Part shown: one piece after another, positions 21,940 to 30,849 of the stretch
Numbering within the stretch: position 1 is the first letter of the stretch
How the letters are laid out: every line of letters starts with the position of its first letter
DNA from: Candidatus Staskawiczbacteria bacterium RIFCSPLOWO2_01_FULL_33_13
GTDB taxonomy: Bacteria > Patescibacteriota > Minisyncoccia > Minisyncoccales > Staskawiczbacteraceae
NCBI GenBank assembly: GCA_001820215.1
Contig: MHOW01000006.1
Span: 47,039-111,038, forward strand
Length of the DNA: 64,000 bases
Direction: 5' to 3'
Made by a program: the position numbers and the translations under genes
The notes under the pieces: model-generated
What the model was told of the DNA's origin: nothing
What the model saw: only the letters and a program-made list of their open reading frames with translations
Database searches by the model: none

Positions 21940-21972
21940 TTTTCTAATAAAACTTTTGATAATAAATAAGAC

Positions 21973-22371
21973 CTACACCACACCAATGTGTAATAATTTA
22001 AATTTTTGACACAAAGGACAAATTTCATTCTTGTGTTCATTGGGCCACCCAATTACATCTAAACCCTCTCTTATACAAAAAGCTTTACACCCCTCACATC
22101 CCACCATAAATCTTCTAGCGCCCCTTTCTTTTTTGCCCCATTCTTCTTCGACTTTATTAAAAATTTTTGAATAATTTTCTATACGCCTAGTCTCTAATTC
22201 TTGAGCCTCGTTTATGCGTGTCTTTTTCTCGCGTATAAAGTATGACTTTGGGAGAACATTATCTTTATTTGGAATTCCTTCAACTCTGCGTGTCTGTTTT
22301 TCACGAATAAAATACGGCTTTTTTGGAACATCGCCTTCGCTTGGATTTAAAAACTCTGGACTATTTGACAT
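21973..22371 (-). CDS. hypothetical protein with internal duplication and C-terminal zinc ribbon
   Basis: Duplicated PKKPYFIREKQTRR / PKSYFIREKKTRI segments. CEGC...CPLC motifs. Confidence 0.35.
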   Translation of the reverse strand: MSNSPEFLNPSEGDVPKKPYFIREKQTRRVEGIPNKDNVLPKSYFIREKKTRINEAQELETRRIENYSKIFNKVEEEWGKKERGARRFMVGCEGCKAFCIREGLDVIGWPNEHKNEICPLCQKFKLLHIGVV

Positions 22372-22389
22372 TTTTTGAAATTTTTAAAT

Positions 22390-22551
22390 TAGACCTAGTG
22401 CATAAAGGTCTTCTTAGTGAAATGGTTAGATTTCGAGCTGCACATTTGATAGAATTTTTAGTTTTACCCTATGGGTAAGACTAAAAATTATAGCGAATTT
22501 GTGGCCGAAATATAGCCGTTGCAGTAGAAAGACCTTTATGCGCTGGGTCTA
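22390..22551. repeat. MITE family 2 variant carrying a family-1 internal module
   Basis: Terminal repeats tagacctagtgcataaaggtc / gacctttatgcgctgggtcta. Internal tttgatagaatttttagttttaccctatgggtaagactaaaaattat is homologous to the family-1 core. Confidence 0.5.
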
Positions 22552-22718
22552 TTTAATAAAAATAATTATCTATGGGCTTACGCCCATAGTATTAAGCAGT
22601 AATTTTATATATCCTGATATAGTATAACTTCTGCGGCTGCAGAAATTACACTATAACAGGATGCTTTTCATCCCTTGTGCTTACGCGCGGGGAATTTCGG
22701 AGGAAAATTAAACCCTAA

Positions 22719-23288
22719 TCAAACTTTTCCTAAACTTTTTAAAGCAATTTTTATCCTTTCTTCCACATTTTTTATATTAGGGGGAACGCTTCTTAAAGCT
22801 TCTTGTGCCTGCTGGCTTGAAAAACCAAGTTGAGTTAAGGCACTTTCTGCATCATCTTTTGGTTTTTTAGATTTCAAACTACTAAGCATTTTAATTTTCC
22901 CTGTGAGTTCTAAAATAATCGTCATCGCTTTTTTTGCGCCAATTCCAGGAATACCTTCAAATATTTTTTCATCTTGGGACAAAATCCTGTCTTTTATTTT
23001 TTCTAATGAACCAAGCGCCGCAATATCTAAAGCGGATTTAGGCCCAACGCCCCTAATATCCATTAATAATTCAAAAAAATCAAGCTCATCATAAGTTAAA
23101 AAGCCATACAGATCTGATGCCTCTTCTTTGACATTGTGAAAACAAAATAGTTTGATATTGTCTGTTTTTTCTGCTACTTTTAATAAAGTTTGGCTGGATA
23201 AAAAAACCTTATAGCCGATTCCGCCCACTTGAACAATAACAAACTTATCTTTTTTTAAAATAATATTGCCTTCTAAATAGCTTATCAT
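22719..23288 (-). CDS. ruvA: Holliday junction branch migration protein RuvA
   Basis: N-terminus MISYLEGNI...VGGIGYKV. HhH region GIGAKKA. Confidence 0.85.
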   Translation of the reverse strand: MISYLEGNIILKKDKFVIVQVGGIGYKVFLSSQTLLKVAEKTDNIKLFCFHNVKEEASDLYGFLTYDELDFFELLMDIRGVGPKSALDIAALGSLEKIKDRILSQDEKIFEGIPGIGAKKAMTIILELTGKIKMLSSLKSKKPKDDAESALTQLGFSSQQAQEALRSVPPNIKNVEERIKIALKSLGKV

Positions 23289-23302
23289 TACTACATAATA
23301 AC

Positions 23303-23470
23303 CTTAAATTACAAAATGCTCAAATAAAAACGAGTTTCTGGTCTTTTATTCAAATTTTAGTCGAAAACTCGCAATAATTATTTTATGTAGTAAACTACAT
23401 AAAATAATTCTATCAAATTTTCAATATAAAATTTGAAAAAAATACCTAGAAAGCATTTTGTAATTCAAGG
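23303..23470. repeat. MITE family 1 copy, opposite orientation
   Basis: Terminal repeats cttaaattacaaaatgc / gcattttgtaattcaagg. Internal modules are the reverse complement of those in copies 19435 and 46602. Confidence 0.6.
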
Positions 23471-23477
23471 TAATAGC

Positions 23478-25445
23478 ATGAAATTCCAACTAATATCCAA
23501 ATTTACGCCTAAAGGCGACCAGCCGCAGGCAATTAAAAAACTGACCGAAAACTTAAAATCTGGCAAAAATCACCAGGTTCTTTTAGGTGTTACGGGTTCT
23601 GGTAAAACATTTACTATGGCTTCTGTAATTGAAAAATGCCAAAAACCAACGCTAATCATTTCGCCAAATAAAACACTTGCGGCCCAACTTTACCAAGAAT
23701 TTAAAGAATTTTTTCCCAATAATGCGGTTCATTATTTTGTTTCTTACTATGATTATTACCAGCCCGAAGCCTATATTCCCCAAACAAACACTTATATAGA
23801 AAAAGATGCAAAAATAAACCAAGAAATAGACCGACTAAGGCATTCTGCGGTGCAAGATATTGTTTCGCGCAAAGATGTAATTGTGATAGCTTCAGTATCT
23901 TGCATTTATAACATTGGATCTCCTGTAAATTACCAATCAGTTTCGCTAATCATAAAAGCAAAACAGAAAATAAAACGCAAAGATTTTATTTTGCATCTTA
24001 TTGCATTGCAATACAAAAGAAATGATATTGAGGCAAAACCAGGATCATTCCGTGTGCGTGGGGATACTATTGAAATATATCTTGTAACAGGAGAAAAAAT
24101 ATTAAAAGTAGAATTTTCTAACAATGGCATAGAAAAAATCCTTGAATCTCCTGCCGGCGTAAATACCAAATACCAAATACTTAATACTAAATACACAATC
24201 TTCCCCGCCACATTCTGGGTAGCTCCAGAGAGTAAGATAAATATTGCGCTTGAAAATATCAAATTAGAATTACAGGAAAGATTAAAAGTGTTAAAAAAAC
24301 AAAATAAATTAGTTGAATATCAAAGATTAGAAGAAAAAACAAACTACGACTTAGAAATGTTGAAAGAAAATAATTGGTGCCAAGGCATAGAAAATTATTC
24401 AAGCCAGTTAGAATTTAGAAAACCAGGCTCGGCTCCCTTTTCACTTGTTGATTATTTTAACCATTTTAACCCTTCGGCAAGCTCAGGGCAGGTTCCCTCT
24501 GATTTTTTAATATTCATTGATGAATCACACATTTCTATTCCCCAAATAAGAGCAATGGCAATTGGAGACAAAATAAGAAAAGAAACGCTGATTAATTACG
24601 GATTTAGGCTTCCGTCTGCTCTAGATAATCGCCCATTAAAATTTCAAGAGTTTCAAGAACGCCAAAAACAAACAGTATATGTTTCGGCAACTCCGGCTGA
24701 CTACGAAAAAGAAAAATCGAGTAGTGACATTGTAGAACAATTAGTAAGGCCTACGGGATTGTTAGAACCATCAATAAAAATTAAAAAAACTGAAAACCAA
24801 ATAAAAGATTTAATAGAAGAGATAAAAAAAGAAGTTGCAAAAAACCATAGAGTTTTGGTAGTAACCTTAACAAAAAGATTGGCAGAAGAAATTTCAGACT
24901 ACTTAGCCGATAAAGAAATTAAAGCTCAATATATGCATTCCGAAATAAAAACAATGGAGCGACCAGAAATTTTAAAAAATTTCAGAGAAGGAAAGTTTGA
25001 TGTGTTAGTAGGAATTAACCTTTTAAGAGAGGGTTTAGACTTGCCCGAAGTAGCCCTAGTTGCTATTTTAGATGCTGATAAAGAGGGTTTTTTAAGAAAT
25101 AAAACAACTTTAATACAAGCTATGGGTAGAGCCGCCCGGCACATACAGGGGCGCATTATTTTATACGCCGATAAAACCACTTTCTCAATGCAAGAAGCCA
25201 TAGATGAAATTAATAGAAGAAGAAAAATACAAGAAAATTACAATAAAAAACACGGCATTACCCCCACGGCAATTATAAAAAATATTAAAAACTGGAGCCT
25301 GTCAAAAAAAGAAGATACTCTTTCTGAATTTTGGATGATCAATGATAAAAAATTACTAGAAAAAGAAATGAAACTTGCCGCCAAAAATATGGATTTTGAA
25401 AGAGCCGCAGAACTTCGTGATTTAATTGAAAAATTAAAAAAATAA
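23478..25445 (+). CDS. uvrB: excinuclease ABC subunit B
   Basis: FTPKGDQPQAI...GVTGSGKT helicase motifs. C-terminal UVR domain (ERAAELRD). Start moved to MKFQLIS because the ORF-track start lies inside the MITE. Confidence 0.9.
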   Translation: MKFQLISKFTPKGDQPQAIKKLTENLKSGKNHQVLLGVTGSGKTFTMASVIEKCQKPTLIISPNKTLAAQLYQEFKEFFPNNAVHYFVSYYDYYQPEAYIPQTNTYIEKDAKINQEIDRLRHSAVQDIVSRKDVIVIASVSCIYNIGSPVNYQSVSLIIKAKQKIKRKDFILHLIALQYKRNDIEAKPGSFRVRGDTIEIYLVTGEKILKVEFSNNGIEKILESPAGVNTKYQILNTKYTIFPATFWVAPESKINIALENIKLELQERLKVLKKQNKLVEYQRLEEKTNYDLEMLKENNWCQGIENYSSQLEFRKPGSAPFSLVDYFNHFNPSASSGQVPSDFLIFIDESHISIPQIRAMAIGDKIRKETLINYGFRLPSALDNRPLKFQEFQERQKQTVYVSATPADYEKEKSSSDIVEQLVRPTGLLEPSIKIKKTENQIKDLIEEIKKEVAKNHRVLVVTLTKRLAEEISDYLADKEIKAQYMHSEIKTMERPEILKNFREGKFDVLVGINLLREGLDLPEVALVAILDADKEGFLRNKTTLIQAMGRAARHIQGRIILYADKTTFSMQEAIDEINRRRKIQENYNKKHGITPTAIIKNIKNWSLSKKEDTLSEFWMINDKKLLEKEMKLAAKNMDFERAAELRDLIEKLKK

Positions 25446-25462
25446 ATTTAATTTATATACAC

Positions 25463-25490
25463 CAAAAAAACAGCCCGCGGGCTGTTTTTT
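25463..25490. terminator. Rho-independent terminator (bidirectional)
   Basis: aaaaaaacagcccgcgggctgtttttt. GC stem flanked by A- and T-runs. Confidence 0.7.
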
Positions 25491-25500
25491 GATGTATAAC

Positions 25501-25725
25501 TTATCTATGTTTTTCAATGTTTGCTATATTGTGCTTAACTTTTATTATTTCATCACTGATTTTTTCAAATTCTTCTTGTTGCTCTTTACTGCGATGCATA
25601 AGAAATAAAAGTTTTTTATATCTTTCTTCTTTTTCTTTCAATTTTTTTATTTCATCCTTTAATACTTCTTCTAAATTTAAAACTGGCATTTCTTGGGTTT
25701 TTTCTGAATCAAAATTTTCTTCCAT
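25501..25725 (-). CDS. hypothetical small coiled-coil protein
   Basis: 74 aa, charged, K/E heptads. Last gene of the 28780->25501 minus-strand operon. Confidence 0.3.
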   Translation of the reverse strand: MEENFDSEKTQEMPVLNLEEVLKDEIKKLKEKEERYKKLLFLMHRSKEQQEEFEKISDEIIKVKHNIANIEKHR

Positions 25726-25750
25726 ATTTTTATGTATTGTGTATAAATTT

Positions 25751-28123
25751 CTATTTTGGTATTTTTACTCTGCGTTTTTTAACTGGTTTTTCTGCTGCCC
25801 TTAATTCATCTCCCCCCAACCAAATTAAGGGGTTTTTATTTTTGGAAGCATGCTCTTTAGAACTCTTCCAAGCACCCGACCAAAATCCTTTAGTAGCTAC
25901 TTTTTTTATCTCTTGGCGCGCTTTTTCATTTTCATATTCTATATTCAATGCAACTTTTTTAACTGTATACCAACTCCCTTTTGCGAAACCCGAAATCTTA
26001 CCCCAAACTCCTTTTGGCGGATTATCTTTTTGTTCTTTTTTATATTCTTCAATTCTCTCAAGTTCAGATTCTATCCCATACAACACCTCATTTTCTTGAT
26101 GTGTATCTACTATTATCTTTTGCTTCTCAATTTTGGCTTTTTGTTTTCTTTTAGCGTATCTGTCTTCATCAATTTTAATTTGCCTTTTTATGAAAGCTCC
26201 CTTTTCTTTGTCCGACATTTTGTTATATTCTTCCTCGGTTATCCCCATAAAAATTTGCATTAACATTTCATCTGTAATTTCAACACCAATCTCATCTTCG
26301 TCCTCTTCATTTTTTAATTTTTTAGGCGCCGTCTTTTTTGCATGTTTATCTTTTACTTTTTCTAATTTTTCTAATAGAAAATCATGCATTTCTTTTTTCA
26401 ATTCTTCAGGCAATCCCCATGCTTTATATGTCGACTCAAATGAATCCTCAAAAGCATTTTTAATTTCCATCCATTCTATGCCCTGATTTAAAGCATCTTT
26501 TGTATCATCTCTTGCAAACTCTATAGCTTGATTGATTGTTTTTGCTATCTCTTCGGATTTGGCTTTAGAAAGGTTATTTGATTTTAAATGCCAACCTGTA
26601 TTCTCATCTCTTTCTAACCATACTTTTGCTGGTTTTAATTCTTTTTTTTCTAAATCGTCTTTTTTTCTTGATGGTGATACCGATTCTGGTTCTACTAAAT
26701 CAGTTTTTGTATCACCCTCACCACTTTCTTTAATTTCCCTTATTTTTGATCTCACTCCCGTTGTCATTGCTGTCACTTTTTTAAATCTTTCTTGATCTTT
26801 TTCTTCACGACGCCGTATCATCATAAGCCTCATAGATTCTCCATCTAAATTTTTCAATATAATTTGCAATTCTTCTACAGTATCTGCATTTTCTATATCT
26901 TCTTTGGTAATTAGTTTTGTTCTTAAGACCTCAATTAACTCTGATTTTGTAGAGTCTATTTTATCTTGTGATACTGACTCATCCATTACTTGTGGCACTA
27001 CTAATTCTGTTTCTGAGGCATCTTTAGAATCGGGCTTTTTCTTGTCTACTTTGTCACCCGAAGGCTCTGTTAATTCTAATAATGGCCTCTCTTTAGTTTT
27101 TCTGGCGTAACCAACTACCCCATCATCATCTACATATTCAACTATCTTACTCCTTAATAATGTTGAAACTGGTTTATTATCAATTTTACCTTTAAAATAA
27201 AAATGGCTATCTATTTTATCAGAATCTCTTGAAACCTTACACTCAATAAATTCCCCATTTTCTCTAAACATAGCAAGACTTTCACCACGCAAAGAATCAC
27301 CATTACCAACTTCTTCATCTGGTTCAACTTCCTCATAATTTCGATATTTTATTGTCTCAATTCTTTGTGGTATTACTTTTTGTTTTCCATCTTTATTATA
27401 AACAAAGGATCCGTCTAAATTAAAGACTGCAAAATTCAATAATTGCTCTCCCATATTATCAGCCCCTATCTTTATTTTTTTATCTTTTTCAACAACAAGC
27501 TGTAAATATTGCTGTTTCCCAGCTTTAGAAAAATAGTAAACTTTCCTGCCCTGCAATTGCTCAAGAAGTTTTTTAGTTCTTTCTTGCCAATCTTTTTTAG
27601 TTTCCTCTTCTCCATTCTCCCGTACTTGTCTTTTTAAAGCATCTAAAAGACTCTTCTTCCCAGGTTTTGGTGATTTTTCTCCTGATTCTATTTCGGGTTT
27701 GGAATCTAAAACTGTTTCAGTGGGCATCTCGGGATGGGTTGTTGATTCTAACTTTTCTCTTCTCTTTAAATCTTCTAAACCCTGTCTCGCTGCATCAATA
27801 GTAGCTTCAGTTCGTTGTTTTTCTTTATCTGCTTCAATTAATCTTTTTAAAATTTTAACTTTTTCCTTTTTTGATTGTCCTGACATCTCAAGTAGTATTG
27901 CACCGACTTCATCAAATCTCTTTATTTCATTGGCGCTAAAATCAACCCTGTTGTGTGTATCTAAATACTCTTGGTTAATTCCCTTTAGGGCAACTATCAT
28001 TTCTTCTATTGTTAATTCTTTGGGTTTTCCAAAGTATCTCAAAATACCTAAAATACTTGTAATATTTTCTGGCTCCTGGTCTAGATATATCTCTGTTATT
28101 TTTGGTTCTTCTCCCCCTCTCAT
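25751..28123 (-). CDS. hypothetical large acidic protein (790 aa), no recognisable domain
   Basis: Long open frame. Very Lys/Glu/Asp-rich. Repeated ITxEDIxNAxTxEEL-type motif shared with the upstream 161-aa ORF. Basic C-terminus KKRRVKIPK. Confidence 0.4.
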   Translation of the reverse strand: MRGGEEPKITEIYLDQEPENITSILGILRYFGKPKELTIEEMIVALKGINQEYLDTHNRVDFSANEIKRFDEVGAILLEMSGQSKKEKVKILKRLIEADKEKQRTEATIDAARQGLEDLKRREKLESTTHPEMPTETVLDSKPEIESGEKSPKPGKKSLLDALKRQVRENGEEETKKDWQERTKKLLEQLQGRKVYYFSKAGKQQYLQLVVEKDKKIKIGADNMGEQLLNFAVFNLDGSFVYNKDGKQKVIPQRIETIKYRNYEEVEPDEEVGNGDSLRGESLAMFRENGEFIECKVSRDSDKIDSHFYFKGKIDNKPVSTLLRSKIVEYVDDDGVVGYARKTKERPLLELTEPSGDKVDKKKPDSKDASETELVVPQVMDESVSQDKIDSTKSELIEVLRTKLITKEDIENADTVEELQIILKNLDGESMRLMMIRRREEKDQERFKKVTAMTTGVRSKIREIKESGEGDTKTDLVEPESVSPSRKKDDLEKKELKPAKVWLERDENTGWHLKSNNLSKAKSEEIAKTINQAIEFARDDTKDALNQGIEWMEIKNAFEDSFESTYKAWGLPEELKKEMHDFLLEKLEKVKDKHAKKTAPKKLKNEEDEDEIGVEITDEMLMQIFMGITEEEYNKMSDKEKGAFIKRQIKIDEDRYAKRKQKAKIEKQKIIVDTHQENEVLYGIESELERIEEYKKEQKDNPPKGVWGKISGFAKGSWYTVKKVALNIEYENEKARQEIKKVATKGFWSGAWKSSKEHASKNKNPLIWLGGDELRAAEKPVKKRRVKIPK

Positions 28124-28189
28124 ATTAGTTTAAAATTTAATGATAATTTTCTATTTATCCTAACCAAACCTATTATTTATTTTTTATAA

Positions 28190-28292
28190 TAGACCCCCTG
28201 CGTAAAGATTTTTCTAGCTCAAAACATTCCTTGATCAGCAGAGCATCCCGAAGGCTGATTTTCGTAACGAAAACCTTTACGCGGTAGGTCTA
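28190..28292. repeat. MITE family 2 copy
   Basis: Terminal repeats tagaccccctgcgtaaag / ctttacgcggtaggtcta. Internal hairpin tcagcagagcatcccgaaggctga. Confidence 0.6.
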
Positions 28293-28294
28293 AC

Positions 28295-28780
28295 CTAGTT
28301 TTTTTCCGTTTCTTTTCTTTTAATTTCATCTATCTTTCCAAAAGCCATCTTTTCTATTTTTACAGATTCGTTAAGCCTTTTTTCTTGAGTCTCACTGGCT
28401 ATACCATTGCCAATAGTTTGATAAATTGCCTCAACCTCCCTCCTTAATAAATCAATCATTTTTTCAAGCTCTTCTATTGTAGTGGCGTTTTTTATATCAT
28501 TTTCTGTAATTTGATTATGTTCCTTCAATTCCAAATTTATTTTATCACTTATTTTTTTTGCTATTTTCTGCCCGATAATTATCATTTCTCCAATTTCCTT
28601 AAGCCTATCTTCTTTTTGCTGGCTTTCGCCAAGATTCTTAATGAGTGCATTCATTTCTAATTGTAGTATTTCAAACATTCTATCAATTTCTTTTATAGTT
28701 TTAGCTTTACCCAAATCTTCTATGGTAATTAGTTTTTCTGACCCTGGCCAAGACTCTGATTCTCTTATTATGTCTATCAT
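28295..28780 (-). CDS. hypothetical coiled-coil protein paralogous to a domain of the 790-aa ORF
   Basis: EKLITIEDLGKAKTIKEIDRMFEIL and ITENDIKNATTIEELEKMIDLL repeat motifs. Confidence 0.4.
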   Translation of the reverse strand: MIDIIRESESWPGSEKLITIEDLGKAKTIKEIDRMFEILQLEMNALIKNLGESQQKEDRLKEIGEMIIIGQKIAKKISDKINLELKEHNQITENDIKNATTIEELEKMIDLLRREVEAIYQTIGNGIASETQEKRLNESVKIEKMAFGKIDEIKRKETEKN

Positions 28781-28915
28781 ATAATTTAAAAATTACTTTA
28801 AACTACAAAATACTTTTAATGTTCGTTAGTAATTTAGAACGAGTGAATAAAATTAAGAAATACACCAACTTAACTATTTCTTAATTATAACATATATAAA
28901 TATAATGTCAAGTCC

Positions 28916-28944
28916 TTGCAAAACCAACAATCATTTGCTATATT
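28916..28944 (+). promoter_or_regulatory. sigma70-like promoter candidate for rpsT
   Basis: TTGCAA, 17-nt spacer, TATATT, about 80 nt upstream of the rpsT start. Confidence 0.35.
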
Positions 28945-29024
28945 TTATCATATTATTGTAAACTGTTAAACAAGTATTAGTCGTTATATTCTCTGTCTAG
29001 CCCCTAAACATTGTACCCAATAAA

Positions 29025-29285
29025 ATGGCAATCATAAAATCAGCTAAAAAAGCTATCAGACAAAATAAAAAAAATAGGATTCACAATCTTATTTATATCA
29101 ACAAAATAAAAAGCCTTGTAAAAGAAACTAAGTCTTTAGTTTTACAAAAGAAAAATAAAGAGGCAAAAGAGCTGTTGCCTAAAGTATATGAGGCTTTAGA
29201 TAAAGCAGCAAAGATTGGAGTTATTAAAAAAAATAATGCTTCAAGAAGGAAGTCTCGAATGGCTAAAGCCATAGGGCGACTCTAA
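29025..29285 (+). CDS. rpsT: 30S ribosomal protein S20
   Basis: MAIIKSAKKAIRQNKKNR... Basic, 86 aa, typical S20. Confidence 0.85.
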   Translation: MAIIKSAKKAIRQNKKNRIHNLIYINKIKSLVKETKSLVLQKKNKEAKELLPKVYEALDKAAKIGVIKKNNASRRKSRMAKAIGRL

Positions 29286-29324
29286 TTTATAAATCACACA
29301 CTAATATACTAATTAAAAGAGTTA

Positions 29325-29723
29325 TTAATCTAAATTAATAACTCTTTTTGGTTTTAAATAGGTGCTACGAAAATTGACTATTAAACCAAGATGTAATTTC
29401 GAAAATTTTAAATATCTTATCATTTGAAAATAATCTTCTTTTGTAATAAATTTTTTAGACTTTATATCAAGTAAAATCTTATCGTCAATACAAAAATCTA
29501 CTTTATTGCTTGCATCTTTTTTGTTAATAATTTCAATTGGTAATATTTTTTCTCTTTCAAAAAAAATATTAGCCTTTTTCAATTCTATTTCTAAAAGATC
29601 TCCGTATTGGATTTCTCTACAAAACCTACCTAACTTATTATGAACCTTAAATAAAACTCCAGAAATCTTATAAGATAGTTCCGGATGGATTAGTTCGATT
29701 TTATTAGTAAATTCGTGTGTCAT
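29325..29723 (-). CDS. GxxExxY family protein (PD-(D/E)xK-like fold)
   Basis: Pattern ...YGDLLEIELKK...IDDKILLDIKSKK...GLIVNF matches the GxxExxY family layout. Confidence 0.55.
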   Translation of the reverse strand: MTHEFTNKIELIHPELSYKISGVLFKVHNKLGRFCREIQYGDLLEIELKKANIFFEREKILPIEIINKKDASNKVDFCIDDKILLDIKSKKFITKEDYFQMIRYLKFSKLHLGLIVNFRSTYLKPKRVINLD

Positions 29724-29740
29724 TAGTAAATTGGTGTCGC

Positions 29741-30742
29741 CTAGATTTCTGATACCAGTAAATCCAGCGCTGTTTCCATTTCTATTTTTCCTGTTTTAAT
29801 ATCTAAGTCAGTTTGGTATATTTTTTTATATATTTTTTTTAATTCTTCGAATGAAAATTGATTGCATGTAAAATAATTCTTTTTGACTACAAAAGGGTGC
29901 AAACCACTTTTTTTTACAATAGAGGCATACATTAACCCCTGTTCTGATAACTCTTTTATTACAAGTAAATTTTTAAATTGATAAGCTATCATTGAAAAAA
30001 GATACAATGGATTATCTCCTCCATCAATGTGCTTATGCAATAAAGAAAGTGCCTGCGGTTTATTTTTTTGAGCTAAAGAATCAATGGTTTTAAAAATATC
30101 GGTTTCAATTTTTGGCTTTGTCAACAAAACCACATCTTCTTTTTTTACCACAAGCCCATTTTTAAAATTTGATAATTTTTTGATTTCACCTGAAAGCCTC
30201 CAAAGATCGTTGCCAACATATGACAAAAGCAAATCTAAGGCATCAACATTTACCCGATTAAATTGTCTCGCATCGCGAGACACCGTTTCGCTTTGCGAAA
30301 CGGATTTAACCGGGTGAATTTTTGTCTTATATTTTTCAAATTCTTTTACTGCCCACAACTTTACATTTTTATTATCTAATAATCCAAACTCTTGGCTTTT
30401 ACATTCTTTTATTAACACCTTAAATATTTTTAATCTTTGATCAACCGTTTCTGATTCGTACACCACAATAATATCCTTTAATGCCTGTAATTTTTTTATT
30501 TCACCCAAAAAGTTTTCTTGAAATTTTTTATTTGAAAAAACATTTTTTAAAATAATAAGCTTTGTTTCTCCAAACATTGAAGAAATAGTAAAATTGCCAT
30601 GAAATTCTAAAAAGTCGGCTTGGTTGGCATCCATATAAACCAAATTCAATCCGCTTTTGCGGATTTTTTTATAATGGTCAACTATTTCATCTAATTTCTC
30701 TTTTGACCTATATGAATCTTCACCATATAAAAATATAATCAT
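29741..30742 (-). CDS. holA: DNA polymerase III delta subunit
   Basis: N-terminus MIIFLYGEDSY is typical of HolA. Start trimmed from the ORF-track 30841 to the third Met. Contains a 39-bp GC-rich double hairpin in frame. Confidence 0.6.
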   Translation of the reverse strand: MIIFLYGEDSYRSKEKLDEIVDHYKKIRKSGLNLVYMDANQADFLEFHGNFTISSMFGETKLIILKNVFSNKKFQENFLGEIKKLQALKDIIVVYESETVDQRLKIFKVLIKECKSQEFGLLDNKNVKLWAVKEFEKYKTKIHPVKSVSQSETVSRDARQFNRVNVDALDLLLSYVGNDLWRLSGEIKKLSNFKNGLVVKKEDVVLLTKPKIETDIFKTIDSLAQKNKPQALSLLHKHIDGGDNPLYLFSMIAYQFKNLLVIKELSEQGLMYASIVKKSGLHPFVVKKNYFTCNQFSFEELKKIYKKIYQTDLDIKTGKIEMETALDLLVSEI

Positions 30743-30810
30743 AATGTAATTCGTTTTCATTAATTTCCAATTCATTAATTTCCAACTGAAAAACCAACAA
30801 CAAGATCCGA

Positions 30811-30829
30811 CGACGCCCGACGTCGTTCT
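30811..30829. repeat. REP-like palindrome (copy 1)
   Basis: gacgacgcccgacgtcgtt, immediately downstream of the RAYT gene. Confidence 0.6.
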
Positions 30830-30849
30830 TAATAAGCACATTGTCTATT

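Noticed and set aside
22560-22700. tmRNA / RNase P RNA / SRP RNA in the structured intergenic region
   Set aside because: None of the conserved motifs (GGGGCUGAUUC..., RNase P GNRA/P4, SRP domain IV) were found by eye, so only an unknown structure is reported.
23433-23477. ORF-track start of uvrB at 23433
   Set aside because: That start lies inside the MITE right terminal repeat. The conserved UvrB N-terminus begins at MKFQLIS (23478).
30743-30841. Long N-terminal extension of holA (MCLLRTTSGVVGSCCWFF...)
   Set aside because: The HolA-typical N-terminus is MIIFLYGEDSY. The extension would run toward the REP palindrome and has an odd Cys/Trp-rich composition.
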